A stretch of DNA of 64,000 bases from an uncultured Gemmatimonadales bacterium (GCA_963783305.1 CAWAMW010000012.1:90843-154842), one strand, 5' to 3'; shown: positions 1 through 11,290, numbered from the stretch's first letter. The notes: generated from the letters alone by a model not told the origin. A program made the numbers and translations.

Positions 1-1
1 G

Positions 2-475
2 GGGAACGAGGAGTCGCCCACCGACGGCGGCCAGCCGGCGCCCGCGGCGGACTTCGGTGACGCGTCCCGGGTGCGTGTCGAAGTGCTGAACGGCGCCGGC
101 AAAATGGGACTCGCCCGTGACGCCACGCACGTGCTCCGCGGGCACGGCTTCGATGTCGTTTTCTTCGGCAACGCCGCTCGCTTCGACCACGCCCGTTCGC
201 GCGTGATCGACCGCACCGGGGAGCTGGAGCATGCGCGGGCCGTGGCCGCCGCGCTGAGAATCGACTCCATGGCCACGGCCATCGACTCATCTCTCATGCT
301 CGAGGTGACCGTGGTGCTGGGAGAGGACTGGCCGCCCGCCGCGGCCCCGGCCCCCGAGCGGCTCTGGCTCGATCGCCTGCGCGACATGGTGCCCGGCGAC
401 AGCGGAGCCGTCGACAGCGGAGCCATCGACAGTGCGGCCGGGAGCGTTCCCGCAGAGCCGACGGGAGGTGGCTGA
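2..475 (+). CDS. LytR C-terminal domain protein (5' partial)
   Basis: RVEVLNGAGKMGLA...LRGHGFDV..FGNA...V.VVLGED is the LytR_C pattern; the frame stays open to the window start. Confidence 0.8.
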   Translation, partial: GNEESPTDGGQPAPAADFGDASRVRVEVLNGAGKMGLARDATHVLRGHGFDVVFFGNAARFDHARSRVIDRTGELEHARAVAAALRIDSMATAIDSSLMLEVTVVLGEDWPPAAAPAPERLWLDRLRDMVPGDSGAVDSGAIDSAAGSVPAEPTGGG

Positions 476-479
476 GCTC

Positions 480-848
480 ATGGACGTCGTGGAGATGGAC
501 GGGTTCGAGATCCTGGTGGGTCGGAGCGCACGCGAGAACGACCGTCTTTCCACCCGCGAAGCGCGCCCGGACGATGTCTGGCTCCACGCGGCCGGGTACG
601 CGGGCAGCCATGTCGTGATCCGCGCCAGGGAGGGGAAGACGGGCGAGGTGCCCCGGAGCGTGGTGGAGGCCGCCGCCCAGCTCGGGATCTGGCATTCGAA
701 GGCGCGGGCTGCCGGCGGCAAGGTCCAGGTCCACATGTGTCGAGCCCGGAACGTGAGCAAACGACGCGGTGCGCCCGCCGGCCAGGTGGTCATCCGCGAC
801 CACGAGACGCTGAAGCTGTATGCCACGGCTCCCAGTAGGCTCACGTGA
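480..848 (+). CDS. NFACT RNA-binding domain (DUF814) protein
   Basis: ILVGRSARENDRLS...DDVWLHAAGYAGSHVVI...AAQLGIWHSKA; GGAGG at 464-468 precedes ATG 480. Confidence 0.85.
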   Translation: MDVVEMDGFEILVGRSARENDRLSTREARPDDVWLHAAGYAGSHVVIRAREGKTGEVPRSVVEAAAQLGIWHSKARAAGGKVQVHMCRARNVSKRRGAPAGQVVIRDHETLKLYATAPSRLT

Positions 849-1143
849 GCCGCTGGACCGAGCTGCTCGTCGATGGAGACGAGCTCGAGCTCCGGGTCCT
901 CGGGCTGCGTAAGCTGTTCGCCCTCAAGTCACGGATCCGAATCCCGCGCGGCGCCATTACCGATGTCCGGCGCGCTCCCCATGCCCTGGCGGCGAGAAAT
1001 CATTCTGGAACGTGGGCCGCGGCGGGAACGCAGTCGTGATCGAGCTGGAGAACCGGGAGTACGCTCGGCTGGTCGTGGACGTGGATCATCCCGACCAGGT
1101 CGTCGAGCGGCTGCGCGGCTGGCGGGGTACGGGAGCCGTCTAG
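845..1143 (+). pseudogene. Disrupted conserved hypothetical gene (internal deletion or frameshift near 990)
   Basis: N-part ...LRKLFALKSRIRIP...DVR in one frame; C-part GEKSFWNVGRGGNAVVIELENREYARLVVDVDHPDQVVERLR* (TAG 1141-1143) in another frame. Confidence 0.6.
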
Positions 1144-1409
1144 TCGAGCGGGGCTGCGGGAGAAAGCGGGGGGAGGCGGGTCGAGGGTCGATCGCCCGCG
1201 CTTCGCGCGAGGCGACCGCGCTACGCGCGGCGTCGACGGGACAGGGGCACGCTCCTATGCGCTTCCCGCTCCGCCTGTCGGCGGGGATTCCGGAGAACAC
1301 GGAGCGCAGCGGAGATCGACCAGCGAGGCCGCAGGCCGGCGCGATCGACAGGGAGCGCGAGCGACCGTTCGCTCCCCGCCCCCAGCCTCTCTTTCAGTGA
1401 CCCGCCCGT

Positions 1410-2507
1410 CTAGGTGCGGGCGGTCAGCTCCACGAACGGTCTGGGTGGCTTCATCTCGTGGTCGGCCCGCAGCTGACCGCACGCAGCGGCAATGTCCCGG
1501 CCGCGCGGGGTCCGGACGGTGGCGGTCACGCTCCGCAGATCGAGGCGGGCGGCGAACTGCCGGATGCGGTCCTCGGGAGAGGGGCGCCAGTCGTTGCCGG
1601 GGATCGGGTTGTATGGGATCAGATTCACGTGCGCGTGGAACTCACCCGCGATCCCCGCCAGCGTGTCGGCCAGCGCGGGATCGTCGTTGACCCCGTCGAT
1701 CATGATGTACTCGATGGTGATCCGGCGACCGCCGGCGGCATCGAAGCGGCGCAGGCTCTCCAGCAGGTCCGCCAGCGGGTACTTCTTCTCCACCGGCACG
1801 ATCTCCTGCCGGAGCGCGTGCGTAGGCGCGTGGAGGCTGAGCGCCAGGCGGAACTGTTCCGGCCGCTCGGCCAGCTCGTCCATCCCGGGCACGATCCCCA
1901 CCGTCGAAACGGTGATGCGACGCGCTCCCACGTCGTAGCCATGGTTCAGGATCGTCAGCGAGTCCATGACCGGGCCCCGGTTCATGAGCGGTTCGCCCAT
2001 CCCCATGTAGACGATGTTGCTGATCGCACCGTACCCGTTCTCCTCCGCCCACCGGCGCGCCCCCCGGTACTGCGCGACGATCTCGCCGGCGGTGAGGTTC
2101 CGGCGGTACCCGGACCACCCGGTCGCGCAGAAGGTGCACGCCATGGCGCAGCCGGCCTGGCTCGAGATGCAGAGGGTGAGGCGATCGCCACTGGGGATCA
2201 GCACGCTCTCCACCAGCTCGCCATCTTCGAGGCGCCAGAGGTGCTTCGCCGTCCCGTCGGTGGACACCTCGACCCGCTCGGTGGCGGGGGCGGTGAGCCG
2301 GAAGGACTCCGCGAGGGCCGCGCGCTCGTCCGTGGAGAGCTCCGTGATCTCGTCGAACGAGAGAGCGACCTTGTCGTAGATGCGGTCGAGCGTCTGCCCC
2401 GTGCGATAGCCGGCCACGCCTCGGGTCCGGAAATGCTCGGACAGGGCCGTCCGGGCCTGGTCGGGGACGAGGCCGATGAGGTCGGGGCGTTCAGTTGTCG
2501 CAGTCAT
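1410..2507 (-). CDS. rlmN: 23S rRNA/tRNA m2A radical-SAM methyltransferase RlmN
   Basis: CISSQAGCAMACTFCATG, MGMGEP, SLHA and DIAAACGQL motifs. Confidence 0.97.
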   Translation of the reverse strand: MTATTERPDLIGLVPDQARTALSEHFRTRGVAGYRTGQTLDRIYDKVALSFDEITELSTDERAALAESFRLTAPATERVEVSTDGTAKHLWRLEDGELVESVLIPSGDRLTLCISSQAGCAMACTFCATGWSGYRRNLTAGEIVAQYRGARRWAEENGYGAISNIVYMGMGEPLMNRGPVMDSLTILNHGYDVGARRITVSTVGIVPGMDELAERPEQFRLALSLHAPTHALRQEIVPVEKKYPLADLLESLRRFDAAGGRRITIEYIMIDGVNDDPALADTLAGIAGEFHAHVNLIPYNPIPGNDWRPSPEDRIRQFAARLDLRSVTATVRTPRGRDIAAACGQLRADHEMKPPRPFVELTART

Positions 2508-2553
2508 GGGGCGCCGTTAAGTTACCCGGATCATTGAACCAGTTGAACCCCCT

Positions 2554-3025
2554 GGTGCAAACGGTGGTCCTGCTGACCGATATACTGCAGTCGATCCGGG
2601 TGAAGGTGCCCCTCGAGGGCGGCACGAAGGACGAGGTCCTGCGCGAGCTCGTGGACGTGCTGGCGGCAGACGGGTGCGTGGCCGATCCGCAGGCGGCGCT
2701 CCGGGTCGTACAGCAGCGGGAGGAGGTGCTTTCCACGGGGATTGGCCACGGCGTGGCGCTCCCGCACGGGAAGACCGACACCTGCCAGGAGCTGGTGATC
2801 GCCGCGGGGGTCACGGCGGCGCCGGTGGACTTCGATGCGCTGGATGGCGAGCCGGTGCAGCTCGTCTTCCTGCTGATCGGACCGGAGAGCGCCGCAGGGA
2901 TGCACATCAAGGCGCTGAGCCGGATCTCGCGACTGGTACGGCAGCCGGAGTCGCGCGATCGCCTGAAGGCGGCCCCCGACTCCAGTTCGTTCCTGGAGGT
3001 ATTGCGCGAGGCCGAGCGCGCGTGA
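2554..3025 (+). CDS. ptsN: PTS IIA-like (fructose/nitrogen-type) protein
   Basis: REEVLSTGIGHGVALPHG phospho-His motif, DFDALDGEPV; start codon uncertain. Confidence 0.85.
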
Positions 3026-3372
3026 AGCGATCGCTCCTGGCGTTCTTCCCGCTCGGTCTCTGGGCCGCGGCGGTGCTCATGGTCGGTGCCCTGGAGATCA
3101 GATCCACGCCGCTTCCCTCCGGCTCGGACAAGGTGGCGCATTTCGCGATGTACGGGATCGGCGGCGCACTCGCCGCATGGGCGGGTCGCAAGCAGGGCAG
3201 TGCCCGTGCGGCGTGGATCGCGCTGGTGATGGTGATCCTCACGGGGGCCGCCGACGAACTGCACCAGGGCACCACCGTTACCCGGCATCCTGATATCATG
3301 GATTGGGTGGCCGATGCGACAGGGGCGATCCTCACATTCCTCCTCGCCGACCGCCTGCTCAAGAAGGACTAG
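3022..3372 (+). CDS. VanZ family membrane protein
   Basis: [10 protein letters not shown]...DELHQ....R...DWVAD; GTG overlaps the upstream TGA. Confidence 0.85.
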   Translation: MKRSLLAFFPLGLWAAAVLMVGALEIRSTPLPSGSDKVAHFAMYGIGGALAAWAGRKQGSARAAWIALVMVILTGAADELHQGTTVTRHPDIMDWVADATGAILTFLLADRLLKKD

Positions 3373-3379
3373 ACGACGC

Positions 3380-5317
3380 ATGCCCCAGGAACTCCCGACC
3401 GCGTACCGAACCACCGCCGCGGGCGCCTTGCGCGCCTCCGATACCGGCGAGACCGTCCGACTGGCGGGGTGGGTGCACCGCCGTCGCGACCTTGGCGGTG
3501 TTCTGTTCATCGATCTCCGCGACCGCTCCGGGCTGATCCAGCTGTCGCTGGGGCCGGACTGGACGCCCCCGGAGAGCCTGGAGCGCGGGCAGCGGCTGTC
3601 CGCCGAGTCGGTGATCGCCGTGGAGGGCGAGGTGGTGGCGCGCCCGGCGGGTCAGGCGAACGACGATCTGGCCACGGGCGCGGTGGAGGTCCACGTACGG
3701 TCGCTGAAGGTGCTGACCCACGCGGAGACCCCGCCGATCCCTGTCTACCAGGTCCCGGGCGAGGAGCAGCCGTCGGAAGAGCTGCGGCTCCGTTACCGCT
3801 ACCTGGACCTGCGGCGGGAGCAGCTGCAGCGGGCCATGGGCGTGCGCCATCACGCGGCCCAGGTGGTGCGCCAGCACCTCACGGGAGAGGGGTTCTGGGA
3901 GATGGAGACGCCCATGCTCACCCGTCGCACGCCGGAGGGAGCCCGGGACTACCTGGTGCCGAGCCGGGTGCATCCGGGCGAGTTCTACGCGCTGCCGCAG
4001 AGCCCCCAGATCTACAAGCAGCTGCTCATGGTGAGCGGCTTCGACCGGTACTTCCAGATCGCCCGCTGCCTGCGCGATGAGGACCTGCGGGCGGACCGGC
4101 AGCCGGAGTTCACGCAGATCGACGCCGAGATGTCGTTCGTCGAGGAGGAGGACGTGTTCAGGGCGGCCGAGGGAACGATGGGGGCGCTCTGGAACGAGAT
4201 CCTCGGTGTGGAGCTCGAGACGTGGCCCCGGCTCACGTACGCCGATGCCATGGAGCGATACGGGACCGACAAGCCGGACCTCCGCTTCGGCATGGAGTTC
4301 GTCGATGTGACCGACGTGCTCCGGGAGACGGAGTTCCGGCTCTTCACCGGGACCCGCGAGAGCGGCGACCGGATCCGAGGGATCGTGGCGAAGGGCGCCG
4401 CGGACCCGCTCTCGCGGAAGGACCTGGACGCGCTGAACGGCGTCGCGCAGGCGGCGGGCTCGCCCGGCTGCCTCTGGGTGAAACGGACGGACGACGGCTG
4501 GAGCGGACAGTTCGCCAAGTTCCTGGATGGCGACCTGGGCGACCGATTCCAGGAGGCGACGGGGATCGAGCCGGGCGACCTGTTCGTGGCGGTGATCGGG
4601 TCGTTCTGGACGCGGCCGCGCTCGCCCGGCTCCGCCGGGGGCGTGGCTTCCGCCGCGGAGACCCACGGCGCCGAGCGGGCTCTGGACGCGCTCCGCCGCC
4701 ACCTGGGCGACGCGCTGGGGCTCCGCGATCCATCGCGTCACGCGTGGGCGTGGGTGACGGAGTTCCCCATGTTCGACTGGGACGAGGAGGGCGACCGCCT
4801 CGTAGCCGCCCACCACCCGTTCACCATGCCGCACCCCGACGACGCCGCGCTCCTGCTGGAGGCGGCCGAATCGGCGGGCGGGCCGCTGGGAAACGCGGAG
4901 GCGCGAGCTCTCTACGGCGCCTTCATCCGATCCCGAGCGTACGATGCGGTGTATAACGGTCACGAGATGGCAAGCGGGTCCATCCGGATCCACGACCCGG
5001 CGCTCCAGAGGGCGGTCTTCCGCACGCTCGGGATGACCGAGGAGGAGACGCAGTCGAAGTTCGGCTTTCTCCTCGATGCGTTCCGCTACGGGGTTCCGCC
5101 CCATGGCGGCTTCGCCTTCGGCTTCGATCGGCTCGTGATGCTGCTTACGGGGGTCCCGAGTCTGCGTGATGTCATCGCGTTCCCGAAGACCACGGCGGCG
5201 CGGGCGCTGTTCGAAGGCGCGCCGGCGGAGGTCTCGGACTCGGAGCTGCGGGAGCTGCATCTGGGGCTCGCTGGCGCTCGTGGAGGCGCGACCCCCGGTC
5301 GCGGGGGGGCTCGCTGA
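3380..5317 (+). CDS. aspS: Aspartate--tRNA ligase
   Basis: [65 protein letters not shown]. Confidence 0.98.
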   Translation: MPQELPTAYRTTAAGALRASDTGETVRLAGWVHRRRDLGGVLFIDLRDRSGLIQLSLGPDWTPPESLERGQRLSAESVIAVEGEVVARPAGQANDDLATGAVEVHVRSLKVLTHAETPPIPVYQVPGEEQPSEELRLRYRYLDLRREQLQRAMGVRHHAAQVVRQHLTGEGFWEMETPMLTRRTPEGARDYLVPSRVHPGEFYALPQSPQIYKQLLMVSGFDRYFQIARCLRDEDLRADRQPEFTQIDAEMSFVEEEDVFRAAEGTMGALWNEILGVELETWPRLTYADAMERYGTDKPDLRFGMEFVDVTDVLRETEFRLFTGTRESGDRIRGIVAKGAADPLSRKDLDALNGVAQAAGSPGCLWVKRTDDGWSGQFAKFLDGDLGDRFQEATGIEPGDLFVAVIGSFWTRPRSPGSAGGVASAAETHGAERALDALRRHLGDALGLRDPSRHAWAWVTEFPMFDWDEEGDRLVAAHHPFTMPHPDDAALLLEAAESAGGPLGNAEARALYGAFIRSRAYDAVYNGHEMASGSIRIHDPALQRAVFRTLGMTEEETQSKFGFLLDAFRYGVPPHGGFAFGFDRLVMLLTGVPSLRDVIAFPKTTAARALFEGAPAEVSDSELRELHLGLAGARGGATPGRGGAR

Positions 5318-5420
5318 CGCTCGCGGGGGGCGCCTTCGGCGCGGGGCCTGGAGCGCGGGATTTCCCTGGTGCGGGGGCTCTTCGCCCGCGCCACTCAACA
5401 ACTCGTATGGGGTGGGATGA

Positions 5421-6476
5421 ATGACTGAGGAATCGACGATCATCCAGCATCGGCTTCCCTCGGAGGGGGCGGACTACCTCCTGCTGGCGGGGGTGAACGA
5501 CGCGCACCTGCAGGAGCTGGCGCACCAGACGGGGTGCCGGGTCATTCTCAGGGGCGACTACCTCATCCTGTCGGGGGAGATCGAGGACGTGGAACGGGCG
5601 ATCCCGGTGGCGCAGCGGCTGATCGACCTTGCGCGGCTGCAGTCGCCGTTCGGGGTGGAGGACGTGCGCCGACTGGCGGACGAGGCGGGGCTGGAGTCGC
5701 TGAAGGCGGAGAGTCTGGACGGCGAGCGAATGGAGGCCGGAGAGGACGGCGGGGCGCTCAAGCGTGATGACCTGCGGATCCTCCTTCCGGGCCTCAGGAA
5801 GGTGATCCAGCCGCGCTCGGAAGGGCAGGCGACCTACCTGGAGGCGATCGCGAAGAACGACATCGTGATCGGGATCGGCCCGGCGGGTACGGGGAAGACG
5901 TACCTGGCGGTGGCCATGGCGGTGGACGCGCTGCTCAAGAACCGGGTGAAGCGGATCATCCTGGCGCGGCCGGCGGTGGAGGCGGGGGAGTCGCTGGGGT
6001 TCCTCCCGGGAGACCTCCAGGAGAAGGTGGACCCGTACCTCAGACCGCTCTACGACGCGCTGGACGACATGCTCCCGAGCGATCGCGTGCGGCGGTATAT
6101 CGAGAGCCGAACGATCGAGATCGCTCCGCTGGCGTACATGCGGGGGCGGACGCTGTCGGACGCCTTCGTGATCCTGGACGAAGCGCAGAACGCCACCACG
6201 GCGCAGATGAAGATGTTCCTCACGCGTCTCGGGCTGAACAGCCGTACGGTGATCACGGGGGACAAGACGCAGATCGACCTGGTGCGGCGGAGCGACTCGG
6301 GCCTGCTCGAGGTGGAGGACATCCTGAAGGGGATCGAGGGGATCAACTTCACCTACCTGCAGGCGGCGGATGTGGTGCGGCACCGTCTGGTGAAGGACAT
6401 CATCGACGCGTACGCGGCGGCCGGTGAGGCGGTCGAGGGTGCGGCGGTCGGTGCGGAGGATCGGCCGCGGGCATGA
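5421..6476 (+). CDS. phoH: PhoH family ATPase
   Basis: GPAGTGKTYLA, RPAVEAGE.LGFLPGD, PLAYMRGRT, LDEAQN. Confidence 0.95.
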   Translation: MTEESTIIQHRLPSEGADYLLLAGVNDAHLQELAHQTGCRVILRGDYLILSGEIEDVERAIPVAQRLIDLARLQSPFGVEDVRRLADEAGLESLKAESLDGERMEAGEDGGALKRDDLRILLPGLRKVIQPRSEGQATYLEAIAKNDIVIGIGPAGTGKTYLAVAMAVDALLKNRVKRIILARPAVEAGESLGFLPGDLQEKVDPYLRPLYDALDDMLPSDRVRRYIESRTIEIAPLAYMRGRTLSDAFVILDEAQNATTAQMKMFLTRLGLNSRTVITGDKTQIDLVRRSDSGLLEVEDILKGIEGINFTYLQAADVVRHRLVKDIIDAYAAAGEAVEGAAVGAEDRPRA

Positions 6477-8755
6477 ACCGCCGGCAGCTGTTCGGGGCCC
6501 TGAACCGGGAGCCGGAGGGGCGCTGGCCCGAGGGCTTCATCCATCACGGTGCGAGGGTTCTCCTGCTCCTCGTGATGGCGGGCTCGGTGAGCTTCATGTT
6601 CCCGGTGAGCCCGCTCTCCGACGCGCCGCCGGTGGAGCGGGGCGGGGTGCTGGAGGAGGACGTGGTCGCGGACGTGCCGTTCCCGGTGTACAAGAGGCCG
6701 GCGGAGCTGGAGCGGGAGCAGCAGGACGCGGCGGCGAGCGTGAACCCCATCTTCGTCTACGACTCGACCGCCATCGACTCGATGCTGGCGGACGTCGACC
6801 GGTTCTTCGCGCGCGTGGACACGGCGGTGAGCGCGGCGGAGAGCGAGCGAGCGGCGGCGCTCCGGGTGCGGGACCTGCTGGGTGCGTACGCGCTCCCCTC
6901 ATCCACGGATGAGATCTCCATCATGCTGGCGCCGCGGAGCCGGGCCATGCTGCGGGGAACCGTGCGGGACGTGGTCCTGGACGAGCTGCCCCGGGGGATC
7001 GCCCGTCGGGGCGAGCTCGAGGAGGCCGGGCAGGGGCGGCTGCGGCTGGTGGGGATGAACGGGGATCGTGTGGTCCCGGCCGACTCGGTGCTCCAGCTCA
7101 CGAACCTGTACGATCGCTCGCGGCTCCATGTCCCCTCGAATGCCCCCGCGGGGTACGAGCAGCTTCAGCGACTGATCCTCGTCCGGTTCAACGTGCCGAG
7201 CATCCAGCCGGACCGACAGACGACGGAGGTGGCGCGAGAGCTGGCCCGGGCGGCGGTGGACCCTGTGAAGGCGCGGTTCATGCGCGGCCAGCGGATCGTC
7301 CCGGCGCGGGAGCCGGTGACGGAGCAGGACCTGGAGCGGTTCCGCGCGTACCAGCAGGAGCTGGAGCGGATCGGGCAGGCCGGGGGCGGTCGGAGCGGAA
7401 GCCGCGCCATCGGTGGGCTCCTGTTCAACATCATCATCTTCTCTCTGCTGGGCGTGCTGCTCTACTTCTATCGCCCCAATGTGTACCGGAACCTGCGCCA
7501 CATCACCGTCCTGGCGGTGCTGGTGCTGGCGCTCACGGGCGCCGCGGCGCTCATCGGAAACTACGACCTGCCCATCGCCCTGATCCCCATCGCCTTCCCG
7601 GCGCTCGTCGTGGCGATCCTCTGGGACGGCCGCCTGGCGCTCAATCTCTCTCTCATCATGGCGATCCTGCTCACCGGCCAGACGCCGTTCCTCGGGATCG
7701 CGGCGCTGCTCACGCTGGTAACGGCGGGCGCGGTGGCCTCGCTCACGGTTCGGGTGGTGCGGCGGCGGGCGCAGATCTGGGGCTTCATCGGCCTGATCAC
7801 GGGCGCCTACGTGATCGTCGCCATCGTACTGGGACTGCTCCGCGGGTGGTCTCCCATGGAGATGGCCGTGGCGAGCGGGTGGGGGGGCGTGGCCGCCGTG
7901 GCCAGCGCCTTCGCCGCCATGGGGTTCCTCCCACTCTTCGAGGGGTTCACCAAGATCACGACGGACCAGACGCTCCTGGAGCTCGCGGACGTCAACCGCC
8001 CGCTGCTGCGCCGGCTGTCCATGGAGGCGCCGGGGACGTATGCCCACTCCATCAGCGTGGCGAACCTGGCGGAGGCGGCGGCCGGCGCCATCGACGCCGA
8101 TGCGCTCCTGACCCGTGTGGGAGTGTACTACCACGATGTAGGGAAGATGGAGCGGCCGCACTACTTCATCGAGAACCAGCCCAGCGGCCGGAACCCCCAC
8201 GACAAGCTGAAGCCGGCCACGTCGGCGCAGGTGATCCGGAACCACGTGATCGAAGGCCTCCGGATGGCTGACGACGCCAAGCTCCCGGACTCCGTCAAGG
8301 CGTTCGTGGCCGAGCACCACGGCACGCAGTCCATCAGCTTCTTCTACGACCGCGCACGGGAGGCCGACCCGGACGCGGAACTGGACCCGAAGGACTTCTG
8401 CTATCCGGGTCCCCGCCCCCAGAGCCGCGAGACGGCCATCCTCATGCTCGCCGACTCCGTGGAGTCCGCCGCCCGCGTGTTGCCGGACCCCACGCCCGAG
8501 TCGATCCGCGAGCTGGTGGACCGGATCGTCCGCGGGAAGATGGACGCCGGTCAGCTGGACGAGACGCCGCTCACACTCGGCGAGCTGACGCGGATCAAGG
8601 AGCAGTTCGCCAGCGTGCTCACGGGCATGTACCACCAGCGGATCGACTATCCGCCCGCCCGCGGCGGCGCGCCGCCGGCCGGGCCCGCGACGCCGGGCAC
8701 CGACCAGAGCCCCGACACGGCGGAGGCGGTGGAGAAGACGGTGGGGGCTGGGTGA
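6473..8755 (+). CDS. 7TM-HD phosphohydrolase (PgpH-like cyclic dinucleotide phosphodiesterase family)
   Basis: Extracellular domain, hydrophobic TM block, then APGTYAHS, YYHDVGK, EHHGT, ADSVE; usual phoH-HD-ybeY context. Confidence 0.9.
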   Translation: MNRRQLFGALNREPEGRWPEGFIHHGARVLLLLVMAGSVSFMFPVSPLSDAPPVERGGVLEEDVVADVPFPVYKRPAELEREQQDAAASVNPIFVYDSTAIDSMLADVDRFFARVDTAVSAAESERAAALRVRDLLGAYALPSSTDEISIMLAPRSRAMLRGTVRDVVLDELPRGIARRGELEEAGQGRLRLVGMNGDRVVPADSVLQLTNLYDRSRLHVPSNAPAGYEQLQRLILVRFNVPSIQPDRQTTEVARELARAAVDPVKARFMRGQRIVPAREPVTEQDLERFRAYQQELERIGQAGGGRSGSRAIGGLLFNIIIFSLLGVLLYFYRPNVYRNLRHITVLAVLVLALTGAAALIGNYDLPIALIPIAFPALVVAILWDGRLALNLSLIMAILLTGQTPFLGIAALLTLVTAGAVASLTVRVVRRRAQIWGFIGLITGAYVIVAIVLGLLRGWSPMEMAVASGWGGVAAVASAFAAMGFLPLFEGFTKITTDQTLLELADVNRPLLRRLSMEAPGTYAHSISVANLAEAAAGAIDADALLTRVGVYYHDVGKMERPHYFIENQPSGRNPHDKLKPATSAQVIRNHVIEGLRMADDAKLPDSVKAFVAEHHGTQSISFFYDRAREADPDAELDPKDFCYPGPRPQSRETAILMLADSVESAARVLPDPTPESIRELVDRIVRGKMDAGQLDETPLTLGELTRIKEQFASVLTGMYHQRIDYPPARGGAPPAGPATPGTDQSPDTAEAVEKTVGAG

Positions 8756-9240
8756 TGGCGGTGGATATCCAGGTGACACGCCCGGCGGAAGGCTTCAGCC
8801 CGGCGCCGGCTGACGCTGGCGGGATGGAGGGGGTGGAGGGGGTGGAGGGGGTGGAGGTGGTAAAGCGGGCGGCCCGGGCCGCACTGGCCGACCGGGGTGT
8901 GGAGGAGGGGGAGCTGTCGATAACGCTCCTGGATGACGCGGCCATGGGGGCCATGAACCGCCAGTGGAAGGGGCGGGACGGGGCGACGGACGTGCTGGCG
9001 TTCGCGCTCCACGAGAAGGGGGCGGTCCTGATGGGCGACGTGTACGTAGGGGTGGAGCGGGCCGCGGCGCAGGCGGCCGAGCTGGGGGAGCCGGTATCGC
9101 GGGAGCTGGCCCGGCTGGCGATCCACGGGACGCTGCATGTCCTCGGCTGGGATCACCCGGAGGAGGCGCGGGAGGACAGCGAGATGTGGCGCCACCAGGA
9201 GCGGATCCTCGCGGCGCTGTCGCCGGTGGGGTCGGAATGA
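8752..9240 (+). CDS. ybeY: rRNA maturation endoribonuclease YbeY
   Basis: N..W.G.DGATDVLAF, GDVYV, HGTLHVLGWDH. Confidence 0.93.
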   Translation: MMAVDIQVTRPAEGFSPAPADAGGMEGVEGVEGVEVVKRAARAALADRGVEEGELSITLLDDAAMGAMNRQWKGRDGATDVLAFALHEKGAVLMGDVYVGVERAAAQAAELGEPVSRELARLAIHGTLHVLGWDHPEEAREDSEMWRHQERILAALSPVGSE

Positions 9241-9887
9241 CGCCCCTCGGTCGGCTGCTTCGACGTCGTCTGATTGCCGGTCTCATCGTCATCGCGCCCG
9301 TGGGCGTGACGCTCTACATCCTGTACTGGCTCTTCCGCACCGTCGATGGGATCCTCGGCAACTTCCTCTACAACGTCATCGGCTTCCCCATCCCCGGTCT
9401 GGGGCTGCTGCTCCTCGTGGCGCTGCTCCTTGGCGTCGGGTGGTTGGCCGAGGAGACGCTCGGAGGTCAGATCGCGGCCTTCTGGAACCGGTACCTCGAC
9501 CGGATCCCGCTGGTGAGCCGGCTCTACGGCGCCACCCGCCGGATCGTCGGGAGCGTGTTCGGCGGAGAGGAGAAGCGCTTCTTCAAGTCGGTGGTCCTGT
9601 TCCAGTACCCGGCGCGCGGTCAGTGGACGCTGGGCTTCGAGACCGGTCGGGCCCCCCGGGCCCTGGACGACCGGGTCGAGAACGGCATCACCATCTTCCT
9701 GCCCACCGCCCCGAACCCCGTGACCGGGTTCCTGATCATCGTGGCGGAGGCGGAGGTGATCCGTCTGCCGGTGACGGTGGAGGAGGGGTTCACCTACATC
9801 CTTTCCGCCGGCGCAGTGCCGCCCAGGGGTCGGTATCACAGGGAGCCCGCGGCCCCCGCGGGGTCCGGGTCCAGCGAGGGCGCATGA
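9237..9887 (+). CDS. DUF502 membrane protein
   Basis: AGLIVIAP..VT, RIPLVSRLY, FLPTAPNPVTGF, ILSAG; ATG overlaps the ybeY stop. Confidence 0.88.
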   Translation: MTPLGRLLRRRLIAGLIVIAPVGVTLYILYWLFRTVDGILGNFLYNVIGFPIPGLGLLLLVALLLGVGWLAEETLGGQIAAFWNRYLDRIPLVSRLYGATRRIVGSVFGGEEKRFFKSVVLFQYPARGQWTLGFETGRAPRALDDRVENGITIFLPTAPNPVTGFLIIVAEAEVIRLPVTVEEGFTYILSAGAVPPRGRYHREPAAPAGSGSSEGA

Positions 9888-11290
9888 ACAGTTCCGAGGT
9901 CCAGGAGCTCGACGATTTCCAGCGGCGGCTGGAGCGGGTGGAGGCGCTGCTGGCATCCGGCGACGACCGCGCGCTCCACCACATGCTGGAGGACCTGCAC
10001 CCCAGCGACATCGCCGACCTGATCGAGCAGTTCGAGGACGAGACCGACCAGGTCCGGATCCTCGACCTGCTGCCCGCCGAGCTGGCCTCCGAGACGCTGG
10101 CGGAGATGGAGGCGCACCAGCACCCCGAGGACATCCTCGTGGCGATGGACCCCGACCGCATCGGCGCGCTGCTCGACGAGCTCAGCAGCGATGACGCGGC
10201 GGACATCATCGGGGAAATGGACCCCGAGGACCAGGCGCGCGTGCTGGCTACGCTGACGCCCGTGGATGCCGGCGAGCTGCGCGAGCTGCTGGCCTATCCG
10301 GAAGAGTCGGCCGGCGGGATCATGACCACCGAGCTGGTGGCGCTCTCCATCCACCTCACCGCGGGCGAGGCCATCGAGGAAGTGCGCCGTCAGGCCCAGG
10401 AGCTTGGCGGCGACTTCTACAACATCTTCGTGGTGGACCTGAAGCGCCGGCTCCAGGGGCAGGTGGGGATCCAGGAGCTCGTGCTGGCGAACCCGGCGCA
10501 GAAGATCACGGACCTGGTGGAGCCGCCGGTGGTGACGATCCCGGTCAGCATGGACCAGGAGGAAGTCGGCCGGCTGATCAGCCGCTACAACGAGCCGTCG
10601 GTCCCGGTGGTAGGCCCCAACAACGTGCTCGTGGGCCGGATCACGTTCGATGACGTCATGGACGTGATCGAGGCGGAGCAGACGGAGGACCTCCTGCGCC
10701 TGGCGGGTATCGGCGGCGAGGAGGAGGTGCAGGGCGAGTGGACGGAGGCGGTGCGGAGCCGGCTCCCGTGGCTGGTTCTGAACACCGTCACCGCATCGCT
10801 CGGCGCGGCCGTGGTGCTCCTGTTCGAGGACACCATCGCCGCCATGGCCGTGCTGGCGGGGATCATGCCCGTGATCGCCGGGCTCGGAGGGAACGCGGGC
10901 ACGCAGTCGCTGGCGGTGACGGTGCGCCGGCTGGCGATCACCCGCGAGGACGCCGCGCGCCGGTGGCGAGTGGCGGCGAAGGAGCTGCTGGTGGGCCTGG
11001 TGAACGGGGTCGTGCTGGGGCTGATCGTGGGCATAGCCGCTCACGTGCTCTTCAACGTGGTCGGTGTGGGCAGCCAGACCACACAGCCCGGCTTCATGCT
11101 GGGCGTCGTGGTCATGATCGCCATGTGGGGCAACCTCATTGTCGCCTCGTTCGCCGGCGCGTTCGTCCCCGTCCTCCTCGAGCGGATCGGCGTCGACCCC
11201 GCGGTCGCGTCCTCCGTGTTCGTCACGGCCACCACGGACATCACCGGCTTCCTGCTCCTCCTCGGCCTGGCGACGTTGCTCCTGCTATGA
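9884..11290 (+). CDS. mgtE: Magnesium transporter MgtE
   Basis: HPSDIAD, YPEESAGGIMT, CBS pair, RLPWL, GGNAGTQS, DPAVAS..FVT..TD. Confidence 0.95.
   Translation: MNSSEVQELDDFQRRLERVEALLASGDDRALHHMLEDLHPSDIADLIEQFEDETDQVRILDLLPAELASETLAEMEAHQHPEDILVAMDPDRIGALLDELSSDDAADIIGEMDPEDQARVLATLTPVDAGELRELLAYPEESAGGIMTTELVALSIHLTAGEAIEEVRRQAQELGGDFYNIFVVDLKRRLQGQVGIQELVLANPAQKITDLVEPPVVTIPVSMDQEEVGRLISRYNEPSVPVVGPNNVLVGRITFDDVMDVIEAEQTEDLLRLAGIGGEEEVQGEWTEAVRSRLPWLVLNTVTASLGAAVVLLFEDTIAAMAVLAGIMPVIAGLGGNAGTQSLAVTVRRLAITREDAARRWRVAAKELLVGLVNGVVLGLIVGIAAHVLFNVVGVGSQTTQPGFMLGVVVMIAMWGNLIVASFAGAFVPVLLERIGVDPAVASSVFVTATTDITGFLLLLGLATLLLL

Noticed and set aside
8825..8860. GGAGGGGGT repeats in ybeY
   Set aside because: Short in-frame slippage in a variable N-terminal segment; no sign of function
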